A stretch of 64,000 nucleotides of DNA from an uncultured bacterium (GTDB taxonomy: Bacteria; Omnitrophota; Omnitrophia; Omnitrophales; Abzuiibacteriaceae). Positions 21,001 to 23,602 of the stretch are shown piece by piece (the first letter of the stretch is position 1; the number at the start of each line of letters is the position of its first letter). The stretch covers positions 96,001 through 160,000 of the forward strand of contig CAYLXA010000006.1 in NCBI GenBank assembly GCA_964387845.1, given 5' to 3'. Position numbers and translations under genes: made by a program. The notes beneath the pieces are model-generated. The model was given only the letters and a program-made list of their open reading frames with translations, was not told where the DNA came from and did not search any database.

Positions 21001-21606
21001 TTGGTGGACGCGGTTTCATCCGCTCAACAAATGAAAAATGTCCAACGCTTGACAGCGCTTGAAGCTTCTCTGGGCGGGTATGATGCTGCGAATCGCGCGG
21101 TTGGGAATTTCTTAGCGCTTAACCTTGGTGAATTAGTTCCGAGCGTGCAAGGGTCAACGCGTGTTGTGATTGATTTGACCAGTTTCGATAATCTTGCTTC
21201 CGTCAGCGACTTGTTTAACAGTCAATCCATCGTGACTGTGCGCGCGGCAAATGAAGCGCAAAAGGCAAAATTAATAGCAGAGCAGGTTGAGCTGGGTATT
21301 TCCACTAAAGAATTGCGTATCATAACAGGTGATTTGGAAACAATTGTCCGCGGCGAGTGGGAAAAGCTGGGCACTGACTCACCTGATGCGCTCAGGCAAA
21401 TCATACCGCTTACCGGAACGGAGCGTTATCATGGGGCGATTGCCAGGGCGACGATTTTACAAGCTGTGCCTGGTGTTAACATCTTATCAACACAAGAGTT
21501 ACCGATGGTCAAAGACAGTGCTAAACACAGGATTTCGGTGGAAGACCTTGTGTTTGCAATGCAAGTAGCGGAAGAGGCAGAGAGACTGATCGGCCGTTTC
21601 GCGTAA
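1..21606 (+). CDS. giant multidomain protein (5' partial, at least 7201 aa within the window); membrane-anchored, with HD-domain modules; family unknown
   Basis: Frame 1 is open from nt 1, so the start lies upstream; the ORF track gives a GTG at nt 22. There is no in-frame stop until the TAA at 21604-21606. The reading frame is consistent and carries recognisable protein-like segments (hydrophobic helices, an HD motif, coiled coils). All ORFs in other frames and on the other strand within it are short. Confidence 0.9.
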   Translation, partial: AEEAIELVSAAQKKSAVEQPVLLSDLPPLSYSQYRSEQTPGEQLSGIDQFVSKDIAEQMRKDASIFSPLAGAPVGTPTYGFRDQKGGDIFETENLSALELKNLENESEFQSADFATSIHVFLKARDLINRGAAERRLELFLEALRKVELSPDGLLYDRYDIKRHSKIGEKTNLQTSKAIYELAVQIQSEYEQIAKGRSKIDIRLIKEKNLIRLAGLVKEKFTRAQNIRLPEIPQPELPKRLFVEKDAEPLQIEESVAASKPLLAPEVVRVPQTAAVSGERAVVSSVEEIELVAVSTRPLVEEKVLEPAVEKQEPAVALVESIPAPEQEKVEPKPAVISVQYEMPGKGGDVKVAYPEFEPGQVQVMFQTEVSVPEKPAPVPASAPPSTTQANQPASLQAIEEKTVQAVPAAAPSLVSANKPVSIDEREPVEMEIKIAQQPEKVEEVEKAEPKVPAQKLRIQLPDFKRWIKSAKIAAAGLVALSGAWVNEVSAKFQAIPPATVQKAPEVKEAKEEIVKEEIALTPPVKIEAPSQEKWTDLEHQKTADVVMAALRSAPQDLREKVLELIRSKAGAPDYIREFDDLVPVPEDIRSRAKIETVSPGQEIKYFGEKEFWDAMQAIYPPDKDRPHFTPSYIRDNKVAMTHEELLNRKDLEIYVNGRSLGQKSADHLRQSKELEKLPIFFIRVGAGFVGFDYTGATISIGLRGQYSLGHDLAEWRQVLNVMSEEHKVAADILKRYVAFRAVGYQYAQAQEKVSNADAEIKRMNEQLAKGIYQVATHQDEYAIGKAISIIQHEIKTQQQWRYNQYDTSRVLGEIMKLDSRQVHVELNSDYVRQIRKEFADAPNSLKSLDPYKQQEIYLKTAMEILSDRIELAQRHLSSISYELRFDIFLANKASDLLALIGGFGVRKGNDRTLGQKYIDIAKKQIDRYKQYGDERYKVEKLVRDYQKLKERYDTTYTESVKAAQKHYELAKKLDALEVIPINELEQAWKAYESQLKEKDALYVQLQRIVAEMEGLRTAQLSAESIENPSPTMRELQKLEQRLKDTDQIDSLVQIREAEGVTGNELQFYKRIQQNPDKERSDIQAERVELVRQLREDASRIRAIQDKSGLNIDYLYPLDSRKGEWMWKTGRAIKGLDGKYYTIPMLIPIKAEYQSYAESLMERGLAKQNFLGNFQSSFSDRHIEDQAHELMNRYLEIRPKDGQKPAWSREERTQKIKEFNEMAESYLKRLEELVPAYAALDYAGRPKSYGERLMSDEEWQNFHSEYKKFERSYYAAQEMVAELSQEILPATGDAVNPQIDVLKAQKLAAETAKKSIDLNMFDEATNIADASDLTIPEHIIGPATVRAQTTDVPVRAWQEGLLSAAMPMIRKQSNVLFDLNIQGYNFELERLFKKDFETKELQAIPVIGWFVPGSDSEITEMRAQVLVIRQKVMKPDDSGSGGGLGGGMGGGGQLQLPGKLGKLQQMMGQMQQLMGSFQGLGNGAQTFLGAAGQRFPMVARAQGLLQGINAQQQIFNQFTGGQNSSLLPFVTGQMNQLNQTGRIPSVGLASSGATGPHGALQTSTPGRVSGEAYSADAFNQGLDSLRQGGDLAKEVTGKLQGQGGEQGGMTEEIEYEIAGVFTVQFKLTGSNEEKQNQLRTLIALNEQNKVLYETDQQKKLLEIAIDYEGKVQLLRARKLHREFVNTTRRAILDKFTEWRVTPAKQVEFEADLAVIDKNIDDLEKEIAETPNKIREALKVTPEAANGLLHMMKSEIEKHGIVDIRELNGIENLRRQIVENPYADRAAGYRVLAAQLEESRAKLFEKIKNAYQVELSVSTKLEFNVVLQELGYAIRNAVAGEQRGTINDFLGQIQTGLNPQEMQGQRDRLEALTTAIRKSGLKREVMDALFEVAIVERVMQERVRQNEKNRMEQLIRLEEAKLRLRREEIQLAKIHEQKRITPADNWIKQVLLSAEIYIQELLLMGARDDLAKAIMQSLSAIAMSEEEIRSLQVLTNAEQRIHESNRRIGLLQAQAVESDVSTREEFFELQRELKWLYERRDQYSLPSTPDGSLNELDQKIAENHKAIQALVADALLRNPKIKEKVTKEEVIRDELLISKKNIEEEKQAVISRHDQEVKVILDPMIQLHQERAQLGIDAANRLDVERAKKGEDPVLVELSDARLAQSVSEVEGIDRNAVLDVMSKVMNVIGDIEVAQTMLREWDGKALPRYLDRLLRNLYFLAGTNQLDDVLRGTAQGSFKMGIGGSLISDEDLRNLIRAEASRWAIRVKEVVRDKIIRDEQAKIYSEYLQYVSLIEELYIDLKNIRALEKAIKAYEARAKRQYDTERLNDATGPYEKLEQAKVRLYVSLKRIKVQRAQLEFLTQEYLPHNVSVFKSVKASGKSVEENLEIEFRTSAAHEQGVDLEALGAMLSGEVAAENPFPAGSDKAVFWNKFYRSNIRGDEFIREVRKLRMSPEDVSKLKKENGLEQWIWGSSDNQFQVAKAMNENLNADAIGFFLFPFGSFKFDINAFLGGSWDFKNKPEFLNIINASAEVEFDWGAKWQAFQSAVQKSLNEAFKLDEISNDAVRRRHQMLMEYAFMQIMYEASQEILKTAIENESTWYKALMRGKIDWDKYYTSNTHGLARIWDLERTLKEEWVALHAASRNIQNSLEESGIQSTSVLIQSFPLPLPPEIEHKLVSEAEIQLQEHAAQQEKAALEKAAQDAAARTKFFSEFKDLFSRLKSLTENMLVNLENVMNKLGDLQDQYKPTQHHGELSPEAKAILPDTNEFLRVLKVKTQSGVDSVDLETFAERMATFGRERHMSSEDLQNLIRSAIEIAKKLEAAPGEAPNELQTKWAAMSAPGTKADGSAFLMSERWPPFLEIPLRHLFTQEEIIRSRGSIADKNLNLYQIGAILLSAMREQAAKELDYRFENNLDELVNGVEAYKQIRAGSGDASAVQRYLSWYRKWVIPVGSAESLFSTGVLLYRPWVKFQRAGDQEINIDDIRQHWSFVSTSFVKHIQKSEKFQAIAQYLGLDPVEFFDSQKDQGRLYAIISELLNTGIIKTLPTTEAELEALNAEIDHFFGELMPLIEERKYFYLTVGALPNYSDLTQMQHYTALDGRLTGTGGAELPFAKFQEDAARMEDGIGKLQKLLPSDIIFYQQVKEAKNVLDVIKNASDYSQISDLEGLMDHLREIVDYARETYASLLLGDAYYHYGFFRENKAVLVQLNLIDKKDLNSKGALKPDSLRPVTQKYNQLLLHSKDYIEHFYLGKPIDFSSMDQIGVWNALAQTKAAGLDDTVFSAYLNWASRIAGIREKSALSDANRELAAQLWKIIPGLQDKISEQKYAEALASGLAVHILLNPELTEADLIQLIQNIKAMLQNPELVESVIRESQSELEIIYGELRSIDLTRQKDFGIFFNAFAEAHELGFSQFLVRHQRTMNLIQEHQRIREQEKGTGSRAETALSRAILIGSQIERVKNGDGAVQIDEISFFQNQKARNSVMWVLSGMADEGVDPFVLKSEAILDFLREFYSDQPVRYDHLGRVSVDAESKTAVELAAELAREREVVFQGQDALTISAEGIKQSRVIWNRVMAELGGMADEGLQTWIQKHRGSDKQIGVFPMLSNREQLNKLFPSIEAFYQSIFGAANTPEINPETFKANKRVQMLVTAWLGSAAEEGLAEWNAKSDVIARILSNPEERKQVIEATREYAHALEKILKIDYPEISEQSLVDDRRARALVLAWTGAQQEDGKVKWARKNSDIITFSERVNAQADFAEGLDNVTRHYYEAKYGEAVGRSWTPSQRGQQVGLIFMLARQYVENPNLTDGRLIEYVNAMADLAPVFIGRDASSRSFDQSRIHQTYLRLIGETKSRHDQQHEMGWVDAELAYMAELIGWDGVNWKKRDRWRSLSSSEKIEHRYRVLEKATDPVIQQEARDLMALVSSKSSDQWDLRAHPSDLGFLVTWADMKMEAGEATDLFGQYRHVIDSSAFSRYLKEFDIAQEFRKELASTFSEVVKKANGEDADRNQIERFYELMGRVSSFAKFTSLQFDQKIKVNLEVIDALKRYYGQSASDSSQAMIDGVIDLLSVLKIEPVELAGMQAENYYQLREMMYLMAKISEYRRNREMANDGPVPQAYVEDMKREYRSVFVESMLPGFAQKIVPAKHGKLENWIGDFESIIRELADYPIELESSDAISQYNFARFLKNLEEEGIVLDDASVKIYERVFKQYQLMGLASWWLDQKLPEAEEQFTLSEIKERIQRKKLVWALNEKYWNSESLHMPVTADEISFLADLELYEDEYEHFFRMSALFQNWASAHLGRHLFFDEIIYFYFAPGKYFGDLVMPFRGGLSRLLTWGQDPDLLSRFRAKHLFENVLTGPEQALYQVAMNRENEERRFILWHGQKQLLRVIGLGPDYEDYWYDILHEKQTLGEYASEKYLKELLVMGRVLSEGVRWLALGNHFSYDDNMLTDEFKRNQYIILRLLTRREYRILTSDEEKMSIKKLIEYTRDQTKNKKVEIENPSEWVESLKELARAHNRVIETEQELKEIIKSILWDAETIIDEADREYDVKLDQDSVLKVIMEQRINGELHQITKAEEMITKHFANSVIGRNSIELSNEENQMPVSVLIEKWLNDYELQNTPIAGLKDRWILAANDRSLDYVSIKTIFSDLKTMQDAWRNAPLFRPMDLIESLKLVNKVRRFGLDNIGIVEPEILTPVQRTEKYKKNKKLFLGMIGSDLIADSTQQIAILFNQQTKNWSIQKTIDDLEKDKSIETKQESFRLIHGAAVVLVLSLILVTIRAHYLKWRQMQSAKKAGLPTPQTPYRQGLFKKVSESVKGFSPLTWVNIIYFASVLLIAGSMSWAYFVAHAWAISHSTFSTLMVIMFSYLSLTNAHILVDRLITLPKFRDRLFRKQPVDDVKTPNFKDAFRAGNFPPGHQAVVAIITQAKGNTFGKLDQRTGELKGQVIENLMVSLKNNPGVPGVIIQAGQDLDDVETNRQIRMIEALEKALGTRVYYFRRNNLFSAGDINLEKKFGAFQEYMRFVGDGAMFAENETDQYPGRHFGLDVTKNVSWVAGWTVLAATLFNALIPGLLLNPLGLVVGILGISLGVGYLWTLWKYGQAKRISIKTIVGKNELSALTRSTLPYYDVIYGDLGAIGFVDMESGQSLQGSRTWRADEAYWQKIKLDTEHPNKIWLSFILDDKNKVGMNSTNEDTEGLTEADRWLRDRMKVENPLERREQNAYYEAVRKAAETMYRESWAAMGQPVYEIGNPNASMFSEMLSIAARVGEFYAGAQKIFGRGRANFTGKGPVVVDRWLHGTRERHQKIMWGFGLGSIGGVLVGALISSLLFGVGNIGFGMLIGYFLGGAILGNFEMRYGTAYGVIYYGELSHDYAEGGSVGAAYLSNVGITEDATTDLAKENERGPTRWFQGVIPYWRHQFGPGYTLIDRWMMFLAEKMYLNDTLFLFWLIGGFVGITFSGLADTFYPVARLQEYSEPLYAMGLYILNMLVIIGFANFVGAFWKSADNAGVATSKERFQAIARSTMIYLNKPFITTAYAIPNLFRVLVGGEHPRARDWAPEHKLRALVFGSLIGAINLLLLANLFVGWVSISWMVPAAVFVASFYAIHRLAGRYIPVARIFAELLYLTLKFSLFAIPIVVLSAYSYINEPLVAFLEKFSFISFISAPIQALLIQIFGTIILEAKALKWIRELEEILKEPLPWRGFTLVAGSKGPLKMYESAVMVKWSLITTVAVILSHVVITSNFWVISGWGIPLFVSWSIGWFYVWYTSKMMPDFVRETKTDKSGEVIKDAQGKAKLFPRLWKSIPKLAIAELVKTSKNKEDKEIIRIGDVQIKMEDIRWRTVPTILFLYTKEALSLSSMKQNLNPSVLWKKIKSAPARADHWANGLFMLGVVFGTFLFLGVVIGTPLYLWFGTGHLFLPTASFWSKVGIVWQYYIGAVVAALVLPGVFGHLFALTVFPLVWINRQLVLIKTFFTKVVDTKGPNFKKGHDDKGSPESIQEGVQNVQLEVANFISQISNRKISGFADEVMREKDPVKIFDMFFNLDAFKIWKFRIGGSLFRWIHQVKMKREAWRMSQRPDDYMSVAQHQNEMFIALKALFEGRTDFLNQKTFDKQALDSALLKRLQESVDSLSEREKTLLALTVVLKDFGKIATAGPLDPVAGSNIVEKLLTKLQFDPKDVHFIKQLILRNRELGSLHWGEKDPLKILSGLEVEKTELFLKLLTIIYVVDVSAVGTGKLTSTHLSNALFMQDQSNLYSFALTWPEFRAASFYSKAAGQVLDLNQPQFTNHIDPVLLQEIKESGGNYDFREFMYNVTFQRAINIFRYFVRNGHPENVTKLLYIFFRLYQITGMKYIGILDDSEPVAEALDKKLSSISWEELRFARVEAPSVEVKLQKETEWDTTRDTVYAIEKSTVVVRKKTNLDTVETVLSLPFQYTDDHQQVLINADPDPSPRSELRQIKIGDLTWLSSISEFQKLKATNPARAAHMAEVVRYFKAFSEGDFAYFAERLQDRAATQPDKIARFETKMSDLKKKFDSLNDDQRLALWLAVNLHDIGYLTGGSKDESTRGSVLAEEILTREGVKESVVDLASRIVLAHELLGNVVVGERAPQSAWPSIAPLFDFLQIHTVVDVAGYGLMTTYVLDWFLEVKDKLEQIAQTFDQYRLERLVKPAPNADAISADALEHLNDAIRKIFGDEEEILRSVLRSRVEFLSRSSTIARKLAAIDPSYEGYAKFMRMAGHLALLAGEDASISVFSDLDRFDGRPTSKKDMDQALEAIAQRILELPNTISITDARYHLEESGWRSYFEVPIMRKENQITISTVKSHKPLLVSESDLSNISANQLPVRDAWGVEARIFKDESGEHGEKGKWYLKVENLSDREQYPWVKFPFEIFKELYTPFFIKDVSKSQARSGYDILFNAKGQNGKPGNINPETGEIVFHLRSYQHHLFDLSTISVIEDREVQDQEGAVSIHRIIPSQFFELGRSELRIAENRASAAPAGLVDAVSSAQQMKNVQRLTALEASLGGYDAANRAVGNFLALNLGELVPSVQGSTRVVIDLTSFDNLASVSDLFNSQSIVTVRAANEAQKAKLIAEQVELGISTKELRIITGDLETIVRGEWEKLGTDSPDALRQIIPLTGTERYHGAIARATILQAVPGVNILSTQELPMVKDSAKHRISVEDLVFAMQVAEEAERLIGRFA
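690..1610 (+). other. Pro/Glu/Val/Ala/Lys-rich low-complexity linker region of the giant protein
   Basis: The translation is dominated by PAVEK, EPKV, PEQEK and APVPASAPP type segments. The biased codon composition creates long spurious ORFs in alternative frames and on the - strand. Confidence 0.7.
4306..4828 (+). other. Gly/Gln/Met/Asn-rich intrinsically-disordered-like segment of the giant protein
   Basis: Translation: DDSGSGGGLGGGMGGGGQLQLPGKLGKLQQMMGQMQQLMGSFQGLGNG...GQGGEQGG. Strongly low complexity, prion-like or FG-like in composition. Confidence 0.7.
10436..11330 (+). repeat. four (possibly five) tandem protein-level repeats of about 75-80 aa inside the giant protein
   Basis: Recurring motif basic-x-V-x-W/M-x-L/V-x-A/G-x-L/G-G-x-A-[DE]-E-G-x-x-x-W-x-x-K-x-S/D-D. 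The copies read NSVMWVLSGMADEGVDPFV, SRVIWNRVMAELGGMADEGLQTWIQKHRGSDK, KRVQMLVTAWLGSAAEEGLAEWNAKSD and ARALVLAWTGAQQEDGKVKWARKNSD, spaced about 230-250 nt apart. Confidence 0.6.
14281..17930 (+). other. polytopic integral-membrane domain embedded in the giant protein (about 12 or more hydrophobic helices with large intervening loops)
   Basis: The translation contains many hydrophobic stretches of 20-25 aa. Examples are AAVVLVLSLILVTI, VNIIYFASVLLIAGSMSWAYFVAHAW, LGLVVGILGISLGVGYLWTLW, GGVLVGALISSLLFGVGNIGFGMLIGYFLGGAILG, LVFGSLIGAINLLLLANLFVGWVSISW and LFMLGVVFGTFLFLGVVIGTPLYLWF. They are separated by polar loops of 50-250 aa. Confidence 0.75.
15930..16065 (+). other. glycine-zipper (GxxxGxxxG) transmembrane hairpin within the membrane domain
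   Basis: GFGLGSIGGVLVGALISSLLFGVGNIGFGMLIGYFLGGAILG has Gly every 4th position over two predicted helices. A second helix pair at about 15181-15300 (LGLVVGILGISLGVG) shows a similar pattern. Confidence 0.5.
18390..18615 (+). other. degenerate HD-like module (KDFGK in place of HDIGK) in the giant protein
   Basis: LLALTVVLKDFGK...IVEKLLTKLQF...FIKQLILRNRELG parallels, motif for motif, the canonical module about 1.2 kb downstream (LALWLAVNLHDIGY...LAEEILTREGV...LASRIVLAHELLG). His residues are replaced by Lys and Arg. Confidence 0.45.
19610..19915 (+). other. HD-domain (HDIG-type metal-dependent phosphohydrolase) module in the giant protein
   Basis: Motif L-A-V-N-L-H-D-I-G-Y (HD codons at 19657-19662), followed by VLAHELLGN and VVDVAGYG. 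This fits the HD superfamily motif order H/HD/H/D. Confidence 0.6.
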
Positions 21607-21650
21607 AAGTACTCATTTTTTTAAATCGCACGGCCGATAATTAATTTGAT

Positions 21651-22241
21651 ATGAACGATACTCCTAATAATAATCCATCACAGCCGAAAGCCTCAGACAG
21701 AAGGTCCGTCCGCAACATCATCATTCACAAGCCGATGCAGCAGCAGTTTACGCTCATCACGATTGCGATCATGATGTTCTCGGCGTGCGGTGTGAGTTTC
21801 GTTATCCATTCGACACTTCATGAAACGATCGCGGACAGTGTGGGAAGGATCGGCGGAATCGGCGCATATACGATCCTTTCGGATGTCAGTTATGATTTGA
21901 TCGTCCGCGTTGTTCTTGTTTTCTTTGCAACGATTATTGCAGTCGGGCTTTTCGGCATATTTTTCCTGCACCGGGTTGCGGGGCCGGCGTACCGGTTCCA
22001 TCAATTGTTTAAAAGCCTGAGCCGCGATCAAATTCCGTCGGATGTCACGCTGCGCGAGAAAGATTTCTTCAAGGAAATCGCGGTTGAATTGAACATGGTT
22101 TTTAAGTCGCTCCGGAAGCGCCAGCAGGCGATTGAACAGGTCGAAACCATCATCTCATCCATGTCCTCAGCGCAGCTGCCGCCCGAGACCAAGCAAAAAG
22201 TGGAACAGCTTCGTTCTATTCTCCAAGAGTTAAAGAAGTAG
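21651..22241 (+). CDS. small membrane protein with two TM helices, a HAMP-like linker and a C-terminal coiled coil; hypothetical
   Basis: 196-aa ORF 44 nt after the giant gene. Hydrophobic helices FTLITIAIMMFSACGVSFVI and LIVRVVLVFFATIIAVGLFGIFFL, then HRVAGPAYRFHQLF and a charged helical tail. The antisense ORF 21693-22031 is rejected. Confidence 0.6.
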   Translation: MNDTPNNNPSQPKASDRRSVRNIIIHKPMQQQFTLITIAIMMFSACGVSFVIHSTLHETIADSVGRIGGIGAYTILSDVSYDLIVRVVLVFFATIIAVGLFGIFFLHRVAGPAYRFHQLFKSLSRDQIPSDVTLREKDFFKEIAVELNMVFKSLRKRQQAIEQVETIISSMSSAQLPPETKQKVEQLRSILQELKK

Positions 22242-22277
22242 AATCGCCGGCTTTACCTCCTAAAATGCCTTATTGCC

Positions 22278-22305
22278 TTGACAATATATAGAAGCTGAGT
22301 ATAAT
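22278..22305 (+). promoter_or_regulatory. sigma70-type promoter: TTGACA (22278-22283), 16-nt spacer, TATAAT (22300-22305)
   Basis: Perfect consensus -35 and -10 hexamers with a 16-nt spacer, lying 77 nt upstream of the nusA ATG. Confidence 0.7.
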
Positions 22306-22310
22306 TACTT

Positions 22311-22359
22311 CACTTTTTGTGGTGACAAAAGTGGGCCCAATGCCCACTTTTTTTATTTT
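22311..22359 (+). terminator. leader attenuator: antiterminator-like hairpin CACTTTT/AAAAGTG (22311-22333) overlapping an intrinsic terminator-like hairpin (AAAA)GTGGGC-CCAAT-GCCCAC(TTTT) with a 7-T run (22327-22359)
   Basis: Two mutually exclusive inverted repeats share AAAAGTG. The second is a GC-rich 6-10 bp stem with a 5-nt loop, followed by TTTTTTTATTTT, immediately upstream of the nusA RBS. Confidence 0.55.
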
Positions 22360-22381
22360 GAAGGAGAATTTAGGTGTCAAA

Positions 22382-23602
22382 ATGGCACAAGGCCTATTGA
22401 GTATTTTAGAAGCAATCGAGAAAGAAAAGGGAATTCAGCGCGAAGTCCTCTTGGAGGCAATCCGCTCGGCCCTTATTTCCGCATGCCGTAAAACCTTCGC
22501 CAATCCGGAAGGTGTGGATGTCCAGATTGATGTGAATACGGGCGCTATCCACGTACTGGAAAACGGGAAGGAAGTTTTTAACGCCGATTTCGGCCGTATT
22601 GCCGCACAGACCGCTAAGCAAGTCATCATGCAGAAAATCCGTGAAGCGGAGCGCGAAACTATCTTAGGCGAATTTACCAAAAAGGCCGGTGATATCGTAA
22701 CCGGGCACGTTCATCGCGTGGAGGCACGTGCGATCCTGGTAGATCTCGGAAAAGCGGAAGGGATTTTGCCGGCTCGCGAGCAATCCGCCAACGACGATTA
22801 CCGCCAAGGCGATGTAATTCGTGCGTATGTTGTCGAGGTGAAAAAGACAACGCGCGGCCCCGAAATTATTCTGTCGCGCGCACATGAAAATTTGGTCAAG
22901 AAAATGTTTGAGATCGAAGTCCCCGAAATTCATGACGGCATTGTTGAAATCAAGGGCGTATCACGCGAAGCCGGTTCGCGTACTAAAATCGCCGTGATTT
23001 CGCACGATGAAAAAATCGATTCCGTCGGTTCCTGTGTCGGCATGCGCGGCCAGCGCGTTAAAAATATTGTTCGCGAAATCGGCGGCGAAAAAGTCGATAT
23101 CATCCGCTGGAATGAAGATCCCGATATTTTTATACGGAATGCTTTAGGCCTTCCTGAAAACTCTGAAGTGAAACTCAACAAGAAAGAACTTGCCGCCGAA
23201 ATTTTGGTAAGCGATGATCAGCTGTCGATTGTGATCGGCAAGAAAGGCCAGAACGTTCGCTTAGCGTCAAAATTAACCGGTTGGCGGCTTGAAATCCGTC
23301 CGATGAGCCAACGTGTTCCGATTGAGTCGCTTGACGGCGTGGGTAAAAAAACGGCGGAACTTTTGAAAGGCGCGGGTATTAACTCTATCAAGGACTTGCT
23401 GAAAACGAGCGCCGAAGAACTCGTGAAGATCGAAGGGATCGGCCAAAAGACGGCCGAAAAAGTCATTGCCGCGGCGCATCAAGCGATCTTTCAAGGTAAG
23501 CCCCAGGAAGCAGCAGCGCCAAGCGAGGCTGAGGCCAAAGAAACAGGAGCAGAAAGCCGGCAAGAAAACGAGGCTGAAAACCAGGAAAGTAAAGACAAAT
23601 GA
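22382..23602 (+). CDS. nusA: transcription termination/antitermination factor NusA
   Basis: MAQGLLSILEAIEKEKGIQREVLLEAIRSAL matches the NusA N-terminus, followed by S1, KH and a C-terminal acidic repeat region. Start taken at ATG 22382 (AGGTG RBS 5 nt upstream) rather than the track's GTG 22319, which would read through the leader terminator. Overlaps infB by ATGA. Confidence 0.93.
   Translation: MAQGLLSILEAIEKEKGIQREVLLEAIRSALISACRKTFANPEGVDVQIDVNTGAIHVLENGKEVFNADFGRIAAQTAKQVIMQKIREAERETILGEFTKKAGDIVTGHVHRVEARAILVDLGKAEGILPAREQSANDDYRQGDVIRAYVVEVKKTTRGPEIILSRAHENLVKKMFEIEVPEIHDGIVEIKGVSREAGSRTKIAVISHDEKIDSVGSCVGMRGQRVKNIVREIGGEKVDIIRWNEDPDIFIRNALGLPENSEVKLNKKELAAEILVSDDQLSIVIGKKGQNVRLASKLTGWRLEIRPMSQRVPIESLDGVGKKTAELLKGAGINSIKDLLKTSAEELVKIEGIGQKTAEKVIAAAHQAIFQGKPQEAAAPSEAEAKETGAESRQENEAENQESKDK

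Noticed and set aside
1-21606. Possibility that the giant ORF is several genes fused by frameshift or assembly error, or a mobile-element cargo
   Set aside because: There are no in-frame stops over 21.6 kb, and no obvious internal RBS plus start boundaries separating domain blocks. I saw no flanking transposase or integrase genes or terminal repeats. I still recommend a coverage check because I cannot verify the assembly from sequence alone.
22319-22381. ORF-track start of nusA at GTG 22319
   Set aside because: It would begin inside the leader hairpins and translate through the terminator-like structure. ATG 22382 gives a canonical NusA N-terminus and has an AGGTG RBS 5 nt upstream.
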